A stretch of DNA of 61,243 bases, counting the filler, from Chthonomonadaceae bacterium (GTDB lineage: Bacteria > Armatimonadota > Chthonomonadetes > Chthonomonadales > Chthonomonadaceae): the NCBI GenBank assembly GCA_035650735.1. It is 4 parts of 4 records of this genome, joined end to end, with 100 filler letters (N's around TTAATTAATTAA, not from the genome) between each part and the next. Parts side by side here need not be neighbours in the genome. Positions count along the whole stretch, not along the records: positions 1 to 24,561 come from DASRGZ010000135.1; positions 24,662 to 44,504 come from DASRGZ010000138.1; 2 more parts are not named here. One strand, written 5' to 3'. Both the position numbers and the translations under genes were made by a program. Numbering within the stretch: position 1 is the stretch's first letter; each line of letters starts with the position of its first letter. Positions 19,861 through 29,185 of the stretch are shown piece by piece. The notes below the pieces were generated by a model. It was not told where the DNA came from. It saw only the letters and a program-made list of their open reading frames with translations, and searched no databases.

Positions 19861-20976
19861 ATGACGCTGACCACCACCGAAATCTCCAGCCCCGGCATGA
19901 CCCTCAATATGGGGCCGCAACATCCCTCCACGCACGGCGTTCTCCGCCTGGTGGTGGAACTGGACGGCGAAGTCATTCACTCCTGCCGCCCGGTCATCGG
20001 CTACCTGCATCGCGGCCTGGAGAAGATGATGGAGGCGCGGCCCTATCGGCAGAACGTCCCCTTCACCGATAGGCTGGACTATCTGGCCTCGCTGAACTGC
20101 AACCTCGCGATGGCGCAGGCCATCGAGCGAATCGGGAACGTGACCGTGCCGGAACGGGCGCAGTATATCCGCGTGCTACTCTGCGAGCTCAACCGCATCG
20201 CCAGCCATCTGGTCTTCCTCGGCACCTTCGCCACCGATCTGGGCGCTACGACCGTTTTCCTCTACAGTTTCCGGGAGCGCGAGAAAGTCCTCGACCTGCT
20301 GGAAGCGATGACGGGCGCGCGCCTGACCTACAACTGGATTCGGGCTGGAGGCGTGGCGGCGGACCTGCCGGAGGGCTTTGCCGAGGGCGTCCGGGCCTTT
20401 CTGGAGGAGTTCCGCGTGGCGCTGGACGAGAACGACCGCCTCCTGACCGGCAACCGCATCTTTCGCGCCCGCTGTGAGGGCGTCGGCGTGATCCCGCGCG
20501 AAATGGCAATAGCCTATGGCGCGTCGGGGCCGGTGGCGCGCGGCTCCGGCATTCCCTACGACATTCGGCGGGTCGCGCCCTACGATGTGTACGACCGCAT
20601 GGAGTTCGATGTCCCCGTCTTTTCCGAAGGGGATTGCCTGGCGCGGTACTGCGTGCGTATCGAGGAGATGCGGCAGAGCGCGCGGATCATCCTGCAATGT
20701 CTGCGGGAGTTGCCGGAAGGCGAGACGACGACCAAGCTGCCCAAGATATTCAAGCCGCCGCCCGGCGAAGCCTATTCCCGTACCGAGTCGCCGCGCGGTG
20801 AATTCTCTGTCTATCTGGTCAGCGATGGGTCGCCCAACCCGGTGCGCGTTCACATCCGCACGCCTTCGTTCGTCCACCTGGGGCTGCTGCCTGCACTGCT
20901 GCCGGGCGTCAAGGTCGCCGACGTGATCGCGATCCTCGGCAGCCTGGATACCGTTCTGGGGGAGGTGGATCGTTGA
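19861..20976 (+). CDS. nuoD: Complex I subunit D
   Basis: NMGPQHPSTHGVLRL, GYLHRG, DRLDY, ESPRGE, C-terminal GEVDR; no NiFe CxxC motifs. Confidence 0.96.
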   Translation: MTLTTTEISSPGMTLNMGPQHPSTHGVLRLVVELDGEVIHSCRPVIGYLHRGLEKMMEARPYRQNVPFTDRLDYLASLNCNLAMAQAIERIGNVTVPERAQYIRVLLCELNRIASHLVFLGTFATDLGATTVFLYSFREREKVLDLLEAMTGARLTYNWIRAGGVAADLPEGFAEGVRAFLEEFRVALDENDRLLTGNRIFRARCEGVGVIPREMAIAYGASGPVARGSGIPYDIRRVAPYDVYDRMEFDVPVFSEGDCLARYCVRIEEMRQSARIILQCLRELPEGETTTKLPKIFKPPPGEAYSRTESPRGEFSVYLVSDGSPNPVRVHIRTPSFVHLGLLPALLPGVKVADVIAILGSLDTVLGEVDR

Positions 20977-22082
20977 GCATACAGACGACCGCCCCGAACC
21001 GCGCTTCGCAGGCCGGACAGTGGGCTGCCGGAATATTGATCACCGTCCTGCTGGTGGCGATAGTGAGCGCGCTGCCGCTGCTGCCCTGGCAAAAGCTGGA
21101 GCCGGTGACGCGCTTCTTCGGCGAACACCCGCTGCTCAACGCCCTGATCAAAGCCGTCCTCGTCGCCACCGTCATCGCCCTGCAATGCCTGTTTCTCATC
21201 TGGCTGGAGCGCAAGTTCGCCGGCTGGATGCAGGCGCGGCTGGGGCCGATGCACGTGGGGTGGAAAGGCACCTTGCAGACGCTGGCGGACGCGCTGAAGC
21301 TGCTGACGAAGGAGGACGTCATCCCGGCACAGGCCGACCGGGCGCTGTTTGCCCTCGCGCCCTATCTGGTGTTCGTGGCCTCCATGCTCACCTTCATGGT
21401 GCTGCCGTTCAGCCTGACCTGGGTGGGCTACGACTACAACCTGGGCGCGCTGTTCGCCCTCTCCATCTCGACGGTGGGGGCGCTGGGCATTCTAGCTGCC
21501 GGGTGGGGAGCGAATAACAAGTATTCGCTCCTGGGAGGCGTGCGGGCCGTCGCTCAGTTACTCTCGTATGAGATTCCGATGATCCTGGTCGTCCTGTCGG
21601 TCGTGACCCTGGCCGATACGCTGTCCCTGACCCGGATCGTGCAGCAGCAGGCGGGCCTGTGGAACATCGCAGCCTATCCGCTGCTGCTGATCCCCGGATT
21701 TCTGATCTACTTCGCCTGCGCGCTGGCGGAGGTCAATCGTGCCCCGTTCGACCTGCCCGAAGCCGAGTCCGAGTTGGTAAGCGGTTTCCACACCGAGTAT
21801 TCGGGGATGCGCTTCGCCATCTTCTTCCTGGCCGAGTTCGCGAATAACTTCTTCACCGCCGGGTTTGCCGTCGTTCTCTTCTTTGGGGGCTGGCAGGGGC
21901 CGATTCTGCCGCCCGTCGTGTGGTTTACGATCAAGACGCTGCTGCTCATCATCCTGATGATGTGGGTGCGCTGGACGCTGCCGCGCCTGCGCATTGATCA
22001 GATGATGGGCTTCTGCTGGAAACTGCTGGTTCCGCTCGCGCTCGCCCTTTTCTGTGCGACCGCCGTCTATTTGGTGCGGTAG
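20973..22082 (+). CDS. nuoH: Complex I subunit H
   Basis: ERK...QARLGP, DALKLLTKE, SYEIP, AEVNRAPFDLPEAESELVSGFHTEYSG. Confidence 0.96.
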   Translation: MSIQTTAPNRASQAGQWAAGILITVLLVAIVSALPLLPWQKLEPVTRFFGEHPLLNALIKAVLVATVIALQCLFLIWLERKFAGWMQARLGPMHVGWKGTLQTLADALKLLTKEDVIPAQADRALFALAPYLVFVASMLTFMVLPFSLTWVGYDYNLGALFALSISTVGALGILAAGWGANNKYSLLGGVRAVAQLLSYEIPMILVVLSVVTLADTLSLTRIVQQQAGLWNIAAYPLLLIPGFLIYFACALAEVNRAPFDLPEAESELVSGFHTEYSGMRFAIFFLAEFANNFFTAGFAVVLFFGGWQGPILPPVVWFTIKTLLLIILMMWVRWTLPRLRIDQMMGFCWKLLVPLALALFCATAVYLVR

Positions 22083-22097
22083 AATGGAGGCTCTTTG

Positions 22098-22709
22098 GTG
22101 ACAACGACACGCCCGAAACAGAGTGCGGTGCGCGATTTCTTCTCCGGTTTCGCCAGTTTCTTCCGGGGGATGGGAGTGACGGCAGTCAACCTCGTCGCAC
22201 GACGCAAGATCACGGTTCAGTATCCCTACGAGCGCGTGAAGGTGTCGCCGCGCTACCGGGGCCTGTTCTACCTGCCGTATGACGAGGAGGCGAAGCGCCT
22301 GAAATGCACCGGCTGCACGCTCTGCGAGCAGGCGTGCCCGACGAACGTGATCTCGATGGAGAAGCTGGGCGCGGGCAAGCACGGCGGCGTGAGCGAATTC
22401 ACGATGGACCTGGGCCGGTGCATGTTCTGTAATCTCTGCATTGAGGCGTGTCCGTTCGAAGCTATCTACATGGGGCCTGCCTATGAGCTGGCCTCTTACG
22501 ACCGCAACGCCAGCGTCTTCCGCATCACGGATTTGGCGCAGGGCGGCGCGGCGGCGGTGGAAACCAATATCCGCACCATCACGGACGCACTCGCGGAGGA
22601 GGCGGCAGCCAAGGCCGCAAAAGCCGCTCTTGCCGCCGAGAAGCCCGCGCGGCAGCGGCCAGCCTCCCCAGAGACGGCCATCGCGAAGGCCGGGGAGACG
22701 CCCGCATGA
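22098..22709 (+). CDS. nuoI: Complex I subunit I
   Basis: TVQYPYE, two CxxCxxCxxxCP ferredoxin motifs. Confidence 0.95.
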   Translation: MTTTRPKQSAVRDFFSGFASFFRGMGVTAVNLVARRKITVQYPYERVKVSPRYRGLFYLPYDEEAKRLKCTGCTLCEQACPTNVISMEKLGAGKHGGVSEFTMDLGRCMFCNLCIEACPFEAIYMGPAYELASYDRNASVFRITDLAQGGAAAVETNIRTITDALAEEAAAKAAKAALAAEKPARQRPASPETAIAKAGETPA

Positions 22710-23293
22710 ACGGCCTGGCCGCGCAGATCGCGTTTTACAGCCTGGCCGCGCTGACCCTGATTCCGGCGCTCTGCGTGGTGCGGGCGCGCAGCGTTCTGCA
22801 CGCCGGGTTCTGGCTGCTGCCCTGCTTCGTCGGCATCGCCGGATTCTTCGCCCTGCTGGAAGCCCATTTCTTTTTCGTCGTGCAACTGCTCATCTATGCC
22901 GGGGCGATCCTGGTGCTGATGCTGTTCGCCTTGATGCTGACCCGCGACGTGATGAACCCGCAGGTGCCGCAGAGCAACCGCCTGGGGCGGTGGGCCGGGC
23001 TGATCTGTGGGGCGCTCGGTATCGCGGCAGCGGCGATTCTGGCCCGCCAGACGTGGCCCCTTACAGACGCGCGGCCTGCCGACGCGAGCGCACAGACTCG
23101 CGCGCTCGGTGAGGCGCTTATCGGCCTCTATGCCGTTCCCTTCGAGGTCGCCTCCCTGCTGCTGCTCGCGGCGCTGATCGGGGCGGTCGTCCTGGCGAAG
23201 TCGGAGCGCGGGCCGGTGCCGGAGACGCCGCCGCTCGCCGACACAGCCCCACTCACGCGCGAAGTGGCAGAAGTGGTCGGCATGCCGGATTAG
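22706..23293 (+). CDS. nuoJ: Complex I subunit J
   Basis: QLLIYAGAILVL, PFEVASLLLLAALIGAVVLA. Confidence 0.95.
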   Translation: MNGLAAQIAFYSLAALTLIPALCVVRARSVLHAGFWLLPCFVGIAGFFALLEAHFFFVVQLLIYAGAILVLMLFALMLTRDVMNPQVPQSNRLGRWAGLICGALGIAAAAILARQTWPLTDARPADASAQTRALGEALIGLYAVPFEVASLLLLAALIGAVVLAKSERGPVPETPPLADTAPLTREVAEVVGMPD

Positions 23294-23309
23294 GTATTGC
23301 CTCGATCTC

Positions 23310-23437
23310 GCGGCAGGCTGAACCCTGCCGCTAGGGAGCCTTCGGCTAGCTGCCCGCCTGCCCAGACAGAACGTTCCGCCCACGCAGGTGGGCGACGGGC
23401 GCTCTGCGCCCCACAGCGGCAGGGTTTAGCCTGCCGG
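23310..23437. repeat. REPIN-like inverted doublet between nuoJ and nuoK
   Basis: GCGGCAGGCTGAACCCTGCCGC ... GCGGCAGGGTTTAGCCTGCCG in inverted orientation. Confidence 0.8.
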
Positions 23438-23466
23438 GTTTGCCAATCGCCCTGAGGGAGAGGAAA

Positions 23467-23772
23467 ATGGGACTGACACATTACCTCGTTGTCGGCGCGC
23501 TGCTATTTGCTATCGGCGCGTATGGCGTGCTGACACGCCGAAACGCCATCGCTGTCCTGATGGGCGTGGAGTTGATGCTGAACGCGGCGAACCTGAACTT
23601 CCTCGCCTTCTGGCGGTTTCTGCATCCGGCCTCGATGGAGCCGCAGGTCTTTGTGCTGATCGGACTGACGGTGGCCGCCGCAGATGCCGCCGTTGGATTG
23701 GCTGTGGTGCTGAATATCTACCGGAACTTCGGCGTCATTGAAGTGGAGCGGATCAATACCCTGAAAGGATAG
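23467..23772 (+). CDS. nuoK: Complex I subunit K
   Basis: LFAIGAYGVLTRRN, ELMLNAANLN, VAAADAAVGLA. Confidence 0.95.
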   Translation: MGLTHYLVVGALLFAIGAYGVLTRRNAIAVLMGVELMLNAANLNFLAFWRFLHPASMEPQVFVLIGLTVAAADAAVGLAVVLNIYRNFGVIEVERINTLKG

Positions 23773-23784
23773 AAAGCCGCCCCG

Positions 23785-24561
23785 ATGAACAGTCTCCCTC
23801 TCTGGCTTATCCCGCTCGCGCCCGTCGTCGCGGCGTTCCTGGCGGGCCTGCTGGCCCTGACGCGCCGCGCAGAGAAGACGGCCCCCTACCTGACCATCGC
23901 CGCCACCGCCCTTAGCGGCGTGACCGCCCTGGGGCATCTGCCGGACAGGGCGCGCATGGCCGACGGCCAGGTCACGGCGGACTGGCTGACGATCCCCTCC
24001 GGTTTGCAGGTTGCGCTGGGCGTGCATCTCGACGCGCTGGCCTGGACGATGGCGCTGGTTGTCTGCGTGGTCAGCCTGCTGGTGCAGGTCTATTCCATCG
24101 GCTACATGCGGGGCGAGAGCGGGTACGCGCGCTACTTCGCCTATCTGGGCCTGTTCACCGCCTCCATGCTCGGTCTCGCCGTCGCGGACAATCTGTTCCA
24201 ACTCTACGTCTGCTGGGAACTGGTCGGCATCTGCTCCTATCTGCTCATCGGCTTCTGGTGGTTCAAGCCGTCGGCGGCGAGCGCGGCGAAGAAGGCGTTC
24301 GTGGTGACGCGCTTTGGCGATGTGGGCTTCCTGCTCGGCGTGCTGCTGCTTGCCGCAACAGCTGGCTCGTTCCAGTTCGATACCGTCGCGCAGGCGGTCG
24401 GGCGTGTCCAGGCCGGGGCGCTGTCGCCGCCGCTCGTCTCGGCGCCGACCTTCCTCTGGCTAGCGCCGCTCCTGCTCTTCTGTGGAGCCGTCGGCAAATC
24501 GGCGCAGTTCCCCCTGCACGTCTGGCTGCCTGACGCGATGGAAGGCCCGACGCCGGTCTCG
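23785..24561 (+). CDS. nuoL: Complex I subunit L, cut by contig end
   Basis: YSIGYM, WELVGICSYLLIGFW, GKSAQFPLHVWLPDAMEGPTPVS then Ns. Confidence 0.95.
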
Positions 24562-24661
24562 NNNNNNNNNNNNNNNNNNNNNNNNNNNNNNNNNNNNNNN
24601 NNNNNTTAATTAATTAANNNNNNNNNNNNNNNNNNNNNNNNNNNNNNNNNNNNNNNNNNNN
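24562..24661. other. Artificial contig linker
   Basis: N-run, TTAATTAATTAA, N-run; 100 nt. Confidence 0.98.
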
Positions 24662-24717
24662 CCCCCTGATATTTTGTCTTAAACACAGGGGACAATCCAA
24701 CGGCTGCTCGCAGTCCG

Positions 24718-25656
24718 TTACGCTAATTGCTCAATTGCGGCCAGCCCGCGTCCTAGCCTTTCCTTGAGAGCCTCAGCCGCCTCTGGAGGCCACTTGTAGG
24801 CCCCCTTGCCAGTCTTTACTCCTAGCTCCTTACTCGCCACTTTCGCCTCCAGCCAGGCCAGAGCCTCCCGGGATCCTTCCAGTGTCGGGAACAACTGGGA
24901 GGCAATAGCCAGCCAAACATCCAATCCAGAGTTATCCAGCACCTCGAAGGGGCCGGCCACAGCCAGCCGCCTGCCGAAGCCGTTCTTCACCATCGTGTCC
25001 AGGTCGCGGGCGTCAACGACCCCCTGCTGCACCAGGAAGAGGGCTTCCCGCAGAAGCGCGGCTTGCAGGCGGTTGGCTACAAAGCCGGGTACTTCTTTGT
25101 GGAGCAGGATGGGGCGCCTGCCTACCCGGGTGAGCAGGTCGAACATGGTGGTCAGCGTCTCTTCGGAGGTCTGCTCGCTCCGCACCAGCTCCACACCCGG
25201 AAGCAGGTAGGGAGGATTGAAGTAGTGGGCTACCAACACCTTGTCAGGCCGCCCGGTCGTCGCAAAGAGGGCGCTCGGCATAAAGCTTGAGGTATTACTG
25301 GCCAGCAGCGTCCGCTCGGGACAGAGAGGGCTTAGTTCCGCAAATACCCGTTGTTTCAGTGCCAACTCCTCCGGTACGGCCTCGATGACCACATCGGCCT
25401 CTTCGGCGATCTCCGGGAGGTGAATACTGGCAGCGATCCGCCCTGGCGCCGCCTGCGCCTGCTCCGGCTGGACCAATCCCAATCGTAATAGCAGCTTTAA
25501 GTCGGCCTCGATTGTCTGGAGGGCCTGCTCCAGCCTTTGCTGGGTGCAGTCGTGCAAGCCGACCTCATAGCCGGCAACGGCAAATTCGAGGGCGATAGCG
25601 TGCCCCATCAAACCGGCTCCGACCACCCCGATACGTCGTATGGCCTCCGCGTGCAT
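24718..25656 (-). CDS. 3-hydroxyacyl-CoA dehydrogenase family protein
   Basis: GAGLMG, IEAVPE, ASNTSS, HYFNPP, PGFVANRLQ; RBS GGAGGAGG. Confidence 0.93.
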   Translation of the reverse strand: MHAEAIRRIGVVGAGLMGHAIALEFAVAGYEVGLHDCTQQRLEQALQTIEADLKLLLRLGLVQPEQAQAAPGRIAASIHLPEIAEEADVVIEAVPEELALKQRVFAELSPLCPERTLLASNTSSFMPSALFATTGRPDKVLVAHYFNPPYLLPGVELVRSEQTSEETLTTMFDLLTRVGRRPILLHKEVPGFVANRLQAALLREALFLVQQGVVDARDLDTMVKNGFGRRLAVAGPFEVLDNSGLDVWLAIASQLFPTLEGSREALAWLEAKVASKELGVKTGKGAYKWPPEAAEALKERLGRGLAAIEQLA

Positions 25657-25953
25657 CGCCTCCTCCTTTCTCCGGAGCAGAAAGCCCCCTGGCCTCTTTG
25701 CGCTTCTTCAATCTAGCGCGTTATAGCATTTATGGATGAGCGGGTAGGTGATTTCTTCGACAAGGACACGCCGGTTCCTGCTGTTCCTCCACCGAAACAC
25801 CGAAAACGAAAGGACCCTATGCATCCGTAAGAAATGCAGGGAAGCGCCAGATGTATAGGGAATATCTGGACGCCATGAAGCGTCCGGCCTTTTCCTGAGA
25901 GGAAAGGGATACGGATCGCCTGCATAGGCTATTTCAGCGAAGGAGTGAAAGTC

Positions 25954-26376
25954 ATGTCACGACGCAAGACCGTTTGGCTGGTAAGCCTGTTGCTGCTGGT
26001 AATGACCGTTGCCGCTTCCGCCCAGATCGGCAAGATTTTAAAAGGCGGCGGCATCGCCTATGCCATTTCACAGTTCGGCCCGGAGATCAACCGCTTCATC
26101 AACGGCCTGACCAAGACCAGCAACGCCAGCCCCACCTACGAAACGAAGGTCGTGCCCGTGCTATCGGCGGGTACGGGCGCGTATGTGGGCGGCGTGCAGG
26201 TCATGGGGCCGCGCAGCGCCGTGGATAAGGTGCAGGCTGTGGTACAATTGGAAGGCAAGTTCAATCCGCTGGGAATGCGGGTGCGCGCCCTGGTTCCGGT
26301 CGCCACCAAAAGCGTCACCAATATCCGACGCATTCCCGGCGTGGGCATTAGCGGGCTGCTGGATTTCAAGCTCTAA
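25954..26376 (+). CDS. Secreted hypothetical protein
   Basis: RBS AAGGAG, Sec signal peptide ending ASA-Q, GC-rich codon usage. Confidence 0.75.
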   Translation: MSRRKTVWLVSLLLLVMTVAASAQIGKILKGGGIAYAISQFGPEINRFINGLTKTSNASPTYETKVVPVLSAGTGAYVGGVQVMGPRSAVDKVQAVVQLEGKFNPLGMRVRALVPVATKSVTNIRRIPGVGISGLLDFKL

Positions 26377-26384
26377 GGTGGGAA

Positions 26385-26430
26385 TAGCCCTCACCCCCGG
26401 CCCCTCTCCCGCAGCGCGGGAGAGGGGAGA
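26385..26430. repeat. REP-like palindrome
   Basis: CCCTCACCCCCGGCCCCTCTCCCGCAGCGCGGGAGAGGGG. Confidence 0.75.
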
Positions 26431-26477
26431 GGCGCTTTCGTGCGAGGGGATGCTCACGCAGGGAGGGCTGAGTTGGA

Positions 26478-27149
26478 ATGCTTACGTTCGTCGCAACCCC
26501 CATCGGCAACCTCAACGACATCACCCTGCGGGCGCTGGAGACGCTGCGCGAGGCCGATGTCGTCGCCAGCGAGGATACCCGCAAAACCGGCCTGCTCCTC
26601 AAGCACTTCGGCATCCAGAAGCCGCAAATCGCCTACCATGAATATAACGAGGAGCGGGCCGGCGAGCGCATTATGGCGCTGTTGGCGGAGGATAAGAAGG
26701 TGGCGGTCGTGACCAACGCGGGCACGCCAGGAATCTCCGACCCCGGCTATAGGCTGGTTCGGAAGGCCATTGACGCCGATATTCCGGTGACGATGGCTCC
26801 CGGCCCAACTGGATTAGTCATGGCGCTGGTGCTCTCCGGCCTGCCCGTTCACAGCTTTACGTTTCGGGGGTTTCCGCCGCGCAAGCCCGGCCCGCGCCGC
26901 CGCTTCCTGGAGGTGGATAAGGACTCGCCCCACACGCTCATCTTCTATGAAAGCCCCTACCGGCTGGAAGGGTTCTTTGCGGACGCCCTGGCGGTCTATG
27001 GCGACCGACAGGCGGCGCTTGCCAATGAGCTAACCAAGAGGTTCGAGAAGGTCGAGCGCGGCACGCTCTCCGCGCTGGCTCAGGGCCTCTCCGGAACGAA
27101 GCCCCGAGGAGAGTACGTCATCGTGATTGCGGGAGCGGGCGATGCGTAA
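26478..27149 (+). CDS. rsmI: 16S rRNA C1402 2'-O-methyltransferase
   Basis: [43 protein letters not shown]. Confidence 0.95.
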   Translation: MLTFVATPIGNLNDITLRALETLREADVVASEDTRKTGLLLKHFGIQKPQIAYHEYNEERAGERIMALLAEDKKVAVVTNAGTPGISDPGYRLVRKAIDADIPVTMAPGPTGLVMALVLSGLPVHSFTFRGFPPRKPGPRRRFLEVDKDSPHTLIFYESPYRLEGFFADALAVYGDRQAALANELTKRFEKVERGTLSALAQGLSGTKPRGEYVIVIAGAGDA

Positions 27150-28239
27150 CGGCGTTCTTTCCCTGGCGCACGGCGCCCTGCGCCTGCCGGCCTTCCTGCC
27201 GGACGCCACGCTGGGCGTCGTGCGCGCCGTCGACTCCGCCGACCTGGAGGCGGCGGGCATCCAGGCGGTCGTGATGAACGTCTTTCATCTCATGCAGAAG
27301 CCCGGCTCCTCCACGATCCAGGCGCTGGGCGGGCTGCACAAGATGGCGGCCTGGCCGCATCCCATCGTCACCGACTCGGGCGGCTTTCAAGCGTATTCGC
27401 TCATCCGTCAGAACCCCAAGTTCGGCAAGATCAGCGACCAGGGCATTACCTTTCAGCCCGAAAGCGCAGACCGCAAGTTCCTGCTGACCCCCGAAAAGAG
27501 CGTTCAGCTTCAGATGGCCTACGGCGCGGACATCGTTATCTGCCTGGACGACTGCACCCACGTAGATGCTCCGCTCGCCGAGCAGCAGACCTCCGTGACG
27601 CGCACTATCAAGTGGGCCAGACGCTGCAAGGCCGAGTATGAGCGGCAGTTGGCCCAGCGCAAGAAAGAACCGGAAAAACGGCCTCTGCTGTTTGCGGTGG
27701 TGCAGGGTGGGGGAGATGTGGCGCTGCGACGGCAGTGCGCGGAGGCGCTGCTGGAGATCGGCTTTGATGGATTCGGTTACGGCGGCTGGCCGCTCGACAG
27801 CCAGGGCAAACTGCTGGAGGAGATCCTGGCGGCGACTCGCGCCCTCATCCCCGCCGAATTTCCCCTGCACGCCCTGGGCGTCGGCCACCCGGAAAACGTG
27901 CTGGACTGCGCCCGCCTAGACTACGGCCTGTTTGACAGCGCCCTGCCGACCCGGGATGCGCGCACCGGGCGGCTCTATACCTTCACCGCCAACCCGAACG
28001 CGCCGGATTTCCGCCTCTGGGGCGACTGGTTCGCCTACCTCTACATTGACGACGAGAAGCACATCAAGGCCGATACGCCCCTCTTTCCGGGCTGCGACTG
28101 CCACACCTGCCGCAGCTACGCGGTCGGCTATCTGCGCCACCTCCATAAATCCGGCGATACCCTCTTCTTCCGGCTGGCGACCATCCACAACCTGCGCTTC
28201 ATGACGCGCCTCATGGACCTGATCGGGAGCGGCGCATGA
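27142..28239 (+). CDS. tgt: tRNA-guanine transglycosylase family protein with atypical substrate pocket
   Basis: [23 protein letters not shown], zinc site CDCHTC...HNL; GGWP where bacterial TGT has GGLA. Confidence 0.82.
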   Translation: MRNGVLSLAHGALRLPAFLPDATLGVVRAVDSADLEAAGIQAVVMNVFHLMQKPGSSTIQALGGLHKMAAWPHPIVTDSGGFQAYSLIRQNPKFGKISDQGITFQPESADRKFLLTPEKSVQLQMAYGADIVICLDDCTHVDAPLAEQQTSVTRTIKWARRCKAEYERQLAQRKKEPEKRPLLFAVVQGGGDVALRRQCAEALLEIGFDGFGYGGWPLDSQGKLLEEILAATRALIPAEFPLHALGVGHPENVLDCARLDYGLFDSALPTRDARTGRLYTFTANPNAPDFRLWGDWFAYLYIDDEKHIKADTPLFPGCDCHTCRSYAVGYLRHLHKSGDTLFFRLATIHNLRFMTRLMDLIGSGA

Positions 28240-29045
28240 GCGATTCTTCTCAACTGCTGGAGCAACTGCTTGCGGAAATAGGCGCCGGCCCGAAGTACCG
28301 GCACGTCAGCGCCGATCTGGTACGTCGTATCGGGCAGCGCGAGCTGGCGGCGCGGCGCAGCTTCAATGAGGCCGTGCACGCGACCCGGAACAAGCTCCAC
28401 CAGATCGCGGGCGCCTATCTCGGCGGCAGGATGCGCTATACGAAATGGCTCGATCTGCTGGCTGCCGCCGCGCCCAATGGCGATCCGGCGCTGCGGGATG
28501 CCTGCGCGCAGATCATGGCCTATCACGCTTCGACGCGCGAACGCCTGTCCATTCTCGCAGAGTTCTACCGGACGACGCTCGCGCAGATAGCTCCCATTTG
28601 CTCCGTGCTGGATGTCGCCTGTGGCCTCAACCCGCTGGCGCTGCCCTGGATGGGGCTGGATCGAGACGTCGCCTACTATGCCTGCGACATCTACGCGGAC
28701 ATGATGGACTTCCTCAACGGCTTCTTCGCCATCGCAGGCGTGCCCGGCTGCGCCGAGGTCTGCGACGTGGTCGGCGGGCCGCCCGCGCACTCGGTAGACC
28801 TGGCGCTGGCGCTCAAAACGCTGCCGCCGCTGGAGCAGGTGGAGAAAGCGGCGGGATTGAACCTGCTGAAAGCCCTCCGCGCGCGTCATATCCTGGTCTC
28901 CTTCCCCACCCATAGCCTCGGCGGACGCGATAAGCAGATGCGGATTAACTACGAACAGCGCTTTCGGGAGATGGTGCGCGCCGAACGCTGGACCTTGCAG
29001 CGGTTTGAGTTTGCCACCGAGCTTTGCTTTCTCCTTTCGACCTGA
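28236..29045 (+). CDS. 16S rRNA (guanine(1405)-N7)-methyltransferase, ArmA/Rmt/Sgm (FmrO) family
   Basis: KYR, KLHQIAGAY, HASTRERL, LDVACGLNPLA, LKTLP, VSFPTHSLGGR, C-terminal EL. Confidence 0.9.
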   Translation: MSDSSQLLEQLLAEIGAGPKYRHVSADLVRRIGQRELAARRSFNEAVHATRNKLHQIAGAYLGGRMRYTKWLDLLAAAAPNGDPALRDACAQIMAYHASTRERLSILAEFYRTTLAQIAPICSVLDVACGLNPLALPWMGLDRDVAYYACDIYADMMDFLNGFFAIAGVPGCAEVCDVVGGPPAHSVDLALALKTLPPLEQVEKAAGLNLLKALRARHILVSFPTHSLGGRDKQMRINYEQRFREMVRAERWTLQRFEFATELCFLLST

Positions 29046-29063
29046 TACCTCTTTCAGATTTGC

Positions 29064-29092
29064 TTGCTGGACTCCCCTTTACGATGTATAAT
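29064..29092 (+). promoter_or_regulatory. Sigma70-type promoter for the NfeD-flotillin pair
   Basis: TTGCTG-N17-TATAAT; downstream inverted repeat TGCCT-N7-AGGCA. Confidence 0.55.
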
Positions 29093-29185
29093 GGATCGAG
29101 AGATAATTGTTGACAACTGCCTATTAAAAAGGCATTCCATCCGTGCAAGATAGGGCAGTCGCACGGCAGCTAGAGCGGAAGGCAG

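Noticed and set aside
17620..20976. Group 4 NiFe hydrogenase rather than complex I
   Set aside because: The large subunit lacks both Ni-binding CxxC motifs and ends in GEVDR; nuoA, J and K are present
24562..24661. TTAATTAATTAA palindrome inside N-runs (also at 44505 and 57546) as a biological site
   Set aside because: Identical 100-nt construct three times with stops in all frames; an artificial contig joiner
25732..25830. 32-aa ORF MDERVGDFFDKDTPVPAVPPPKHRKRKDPMHP in a divergent spacer
   Set aside because: No RBS and no family signal; cannot be supported
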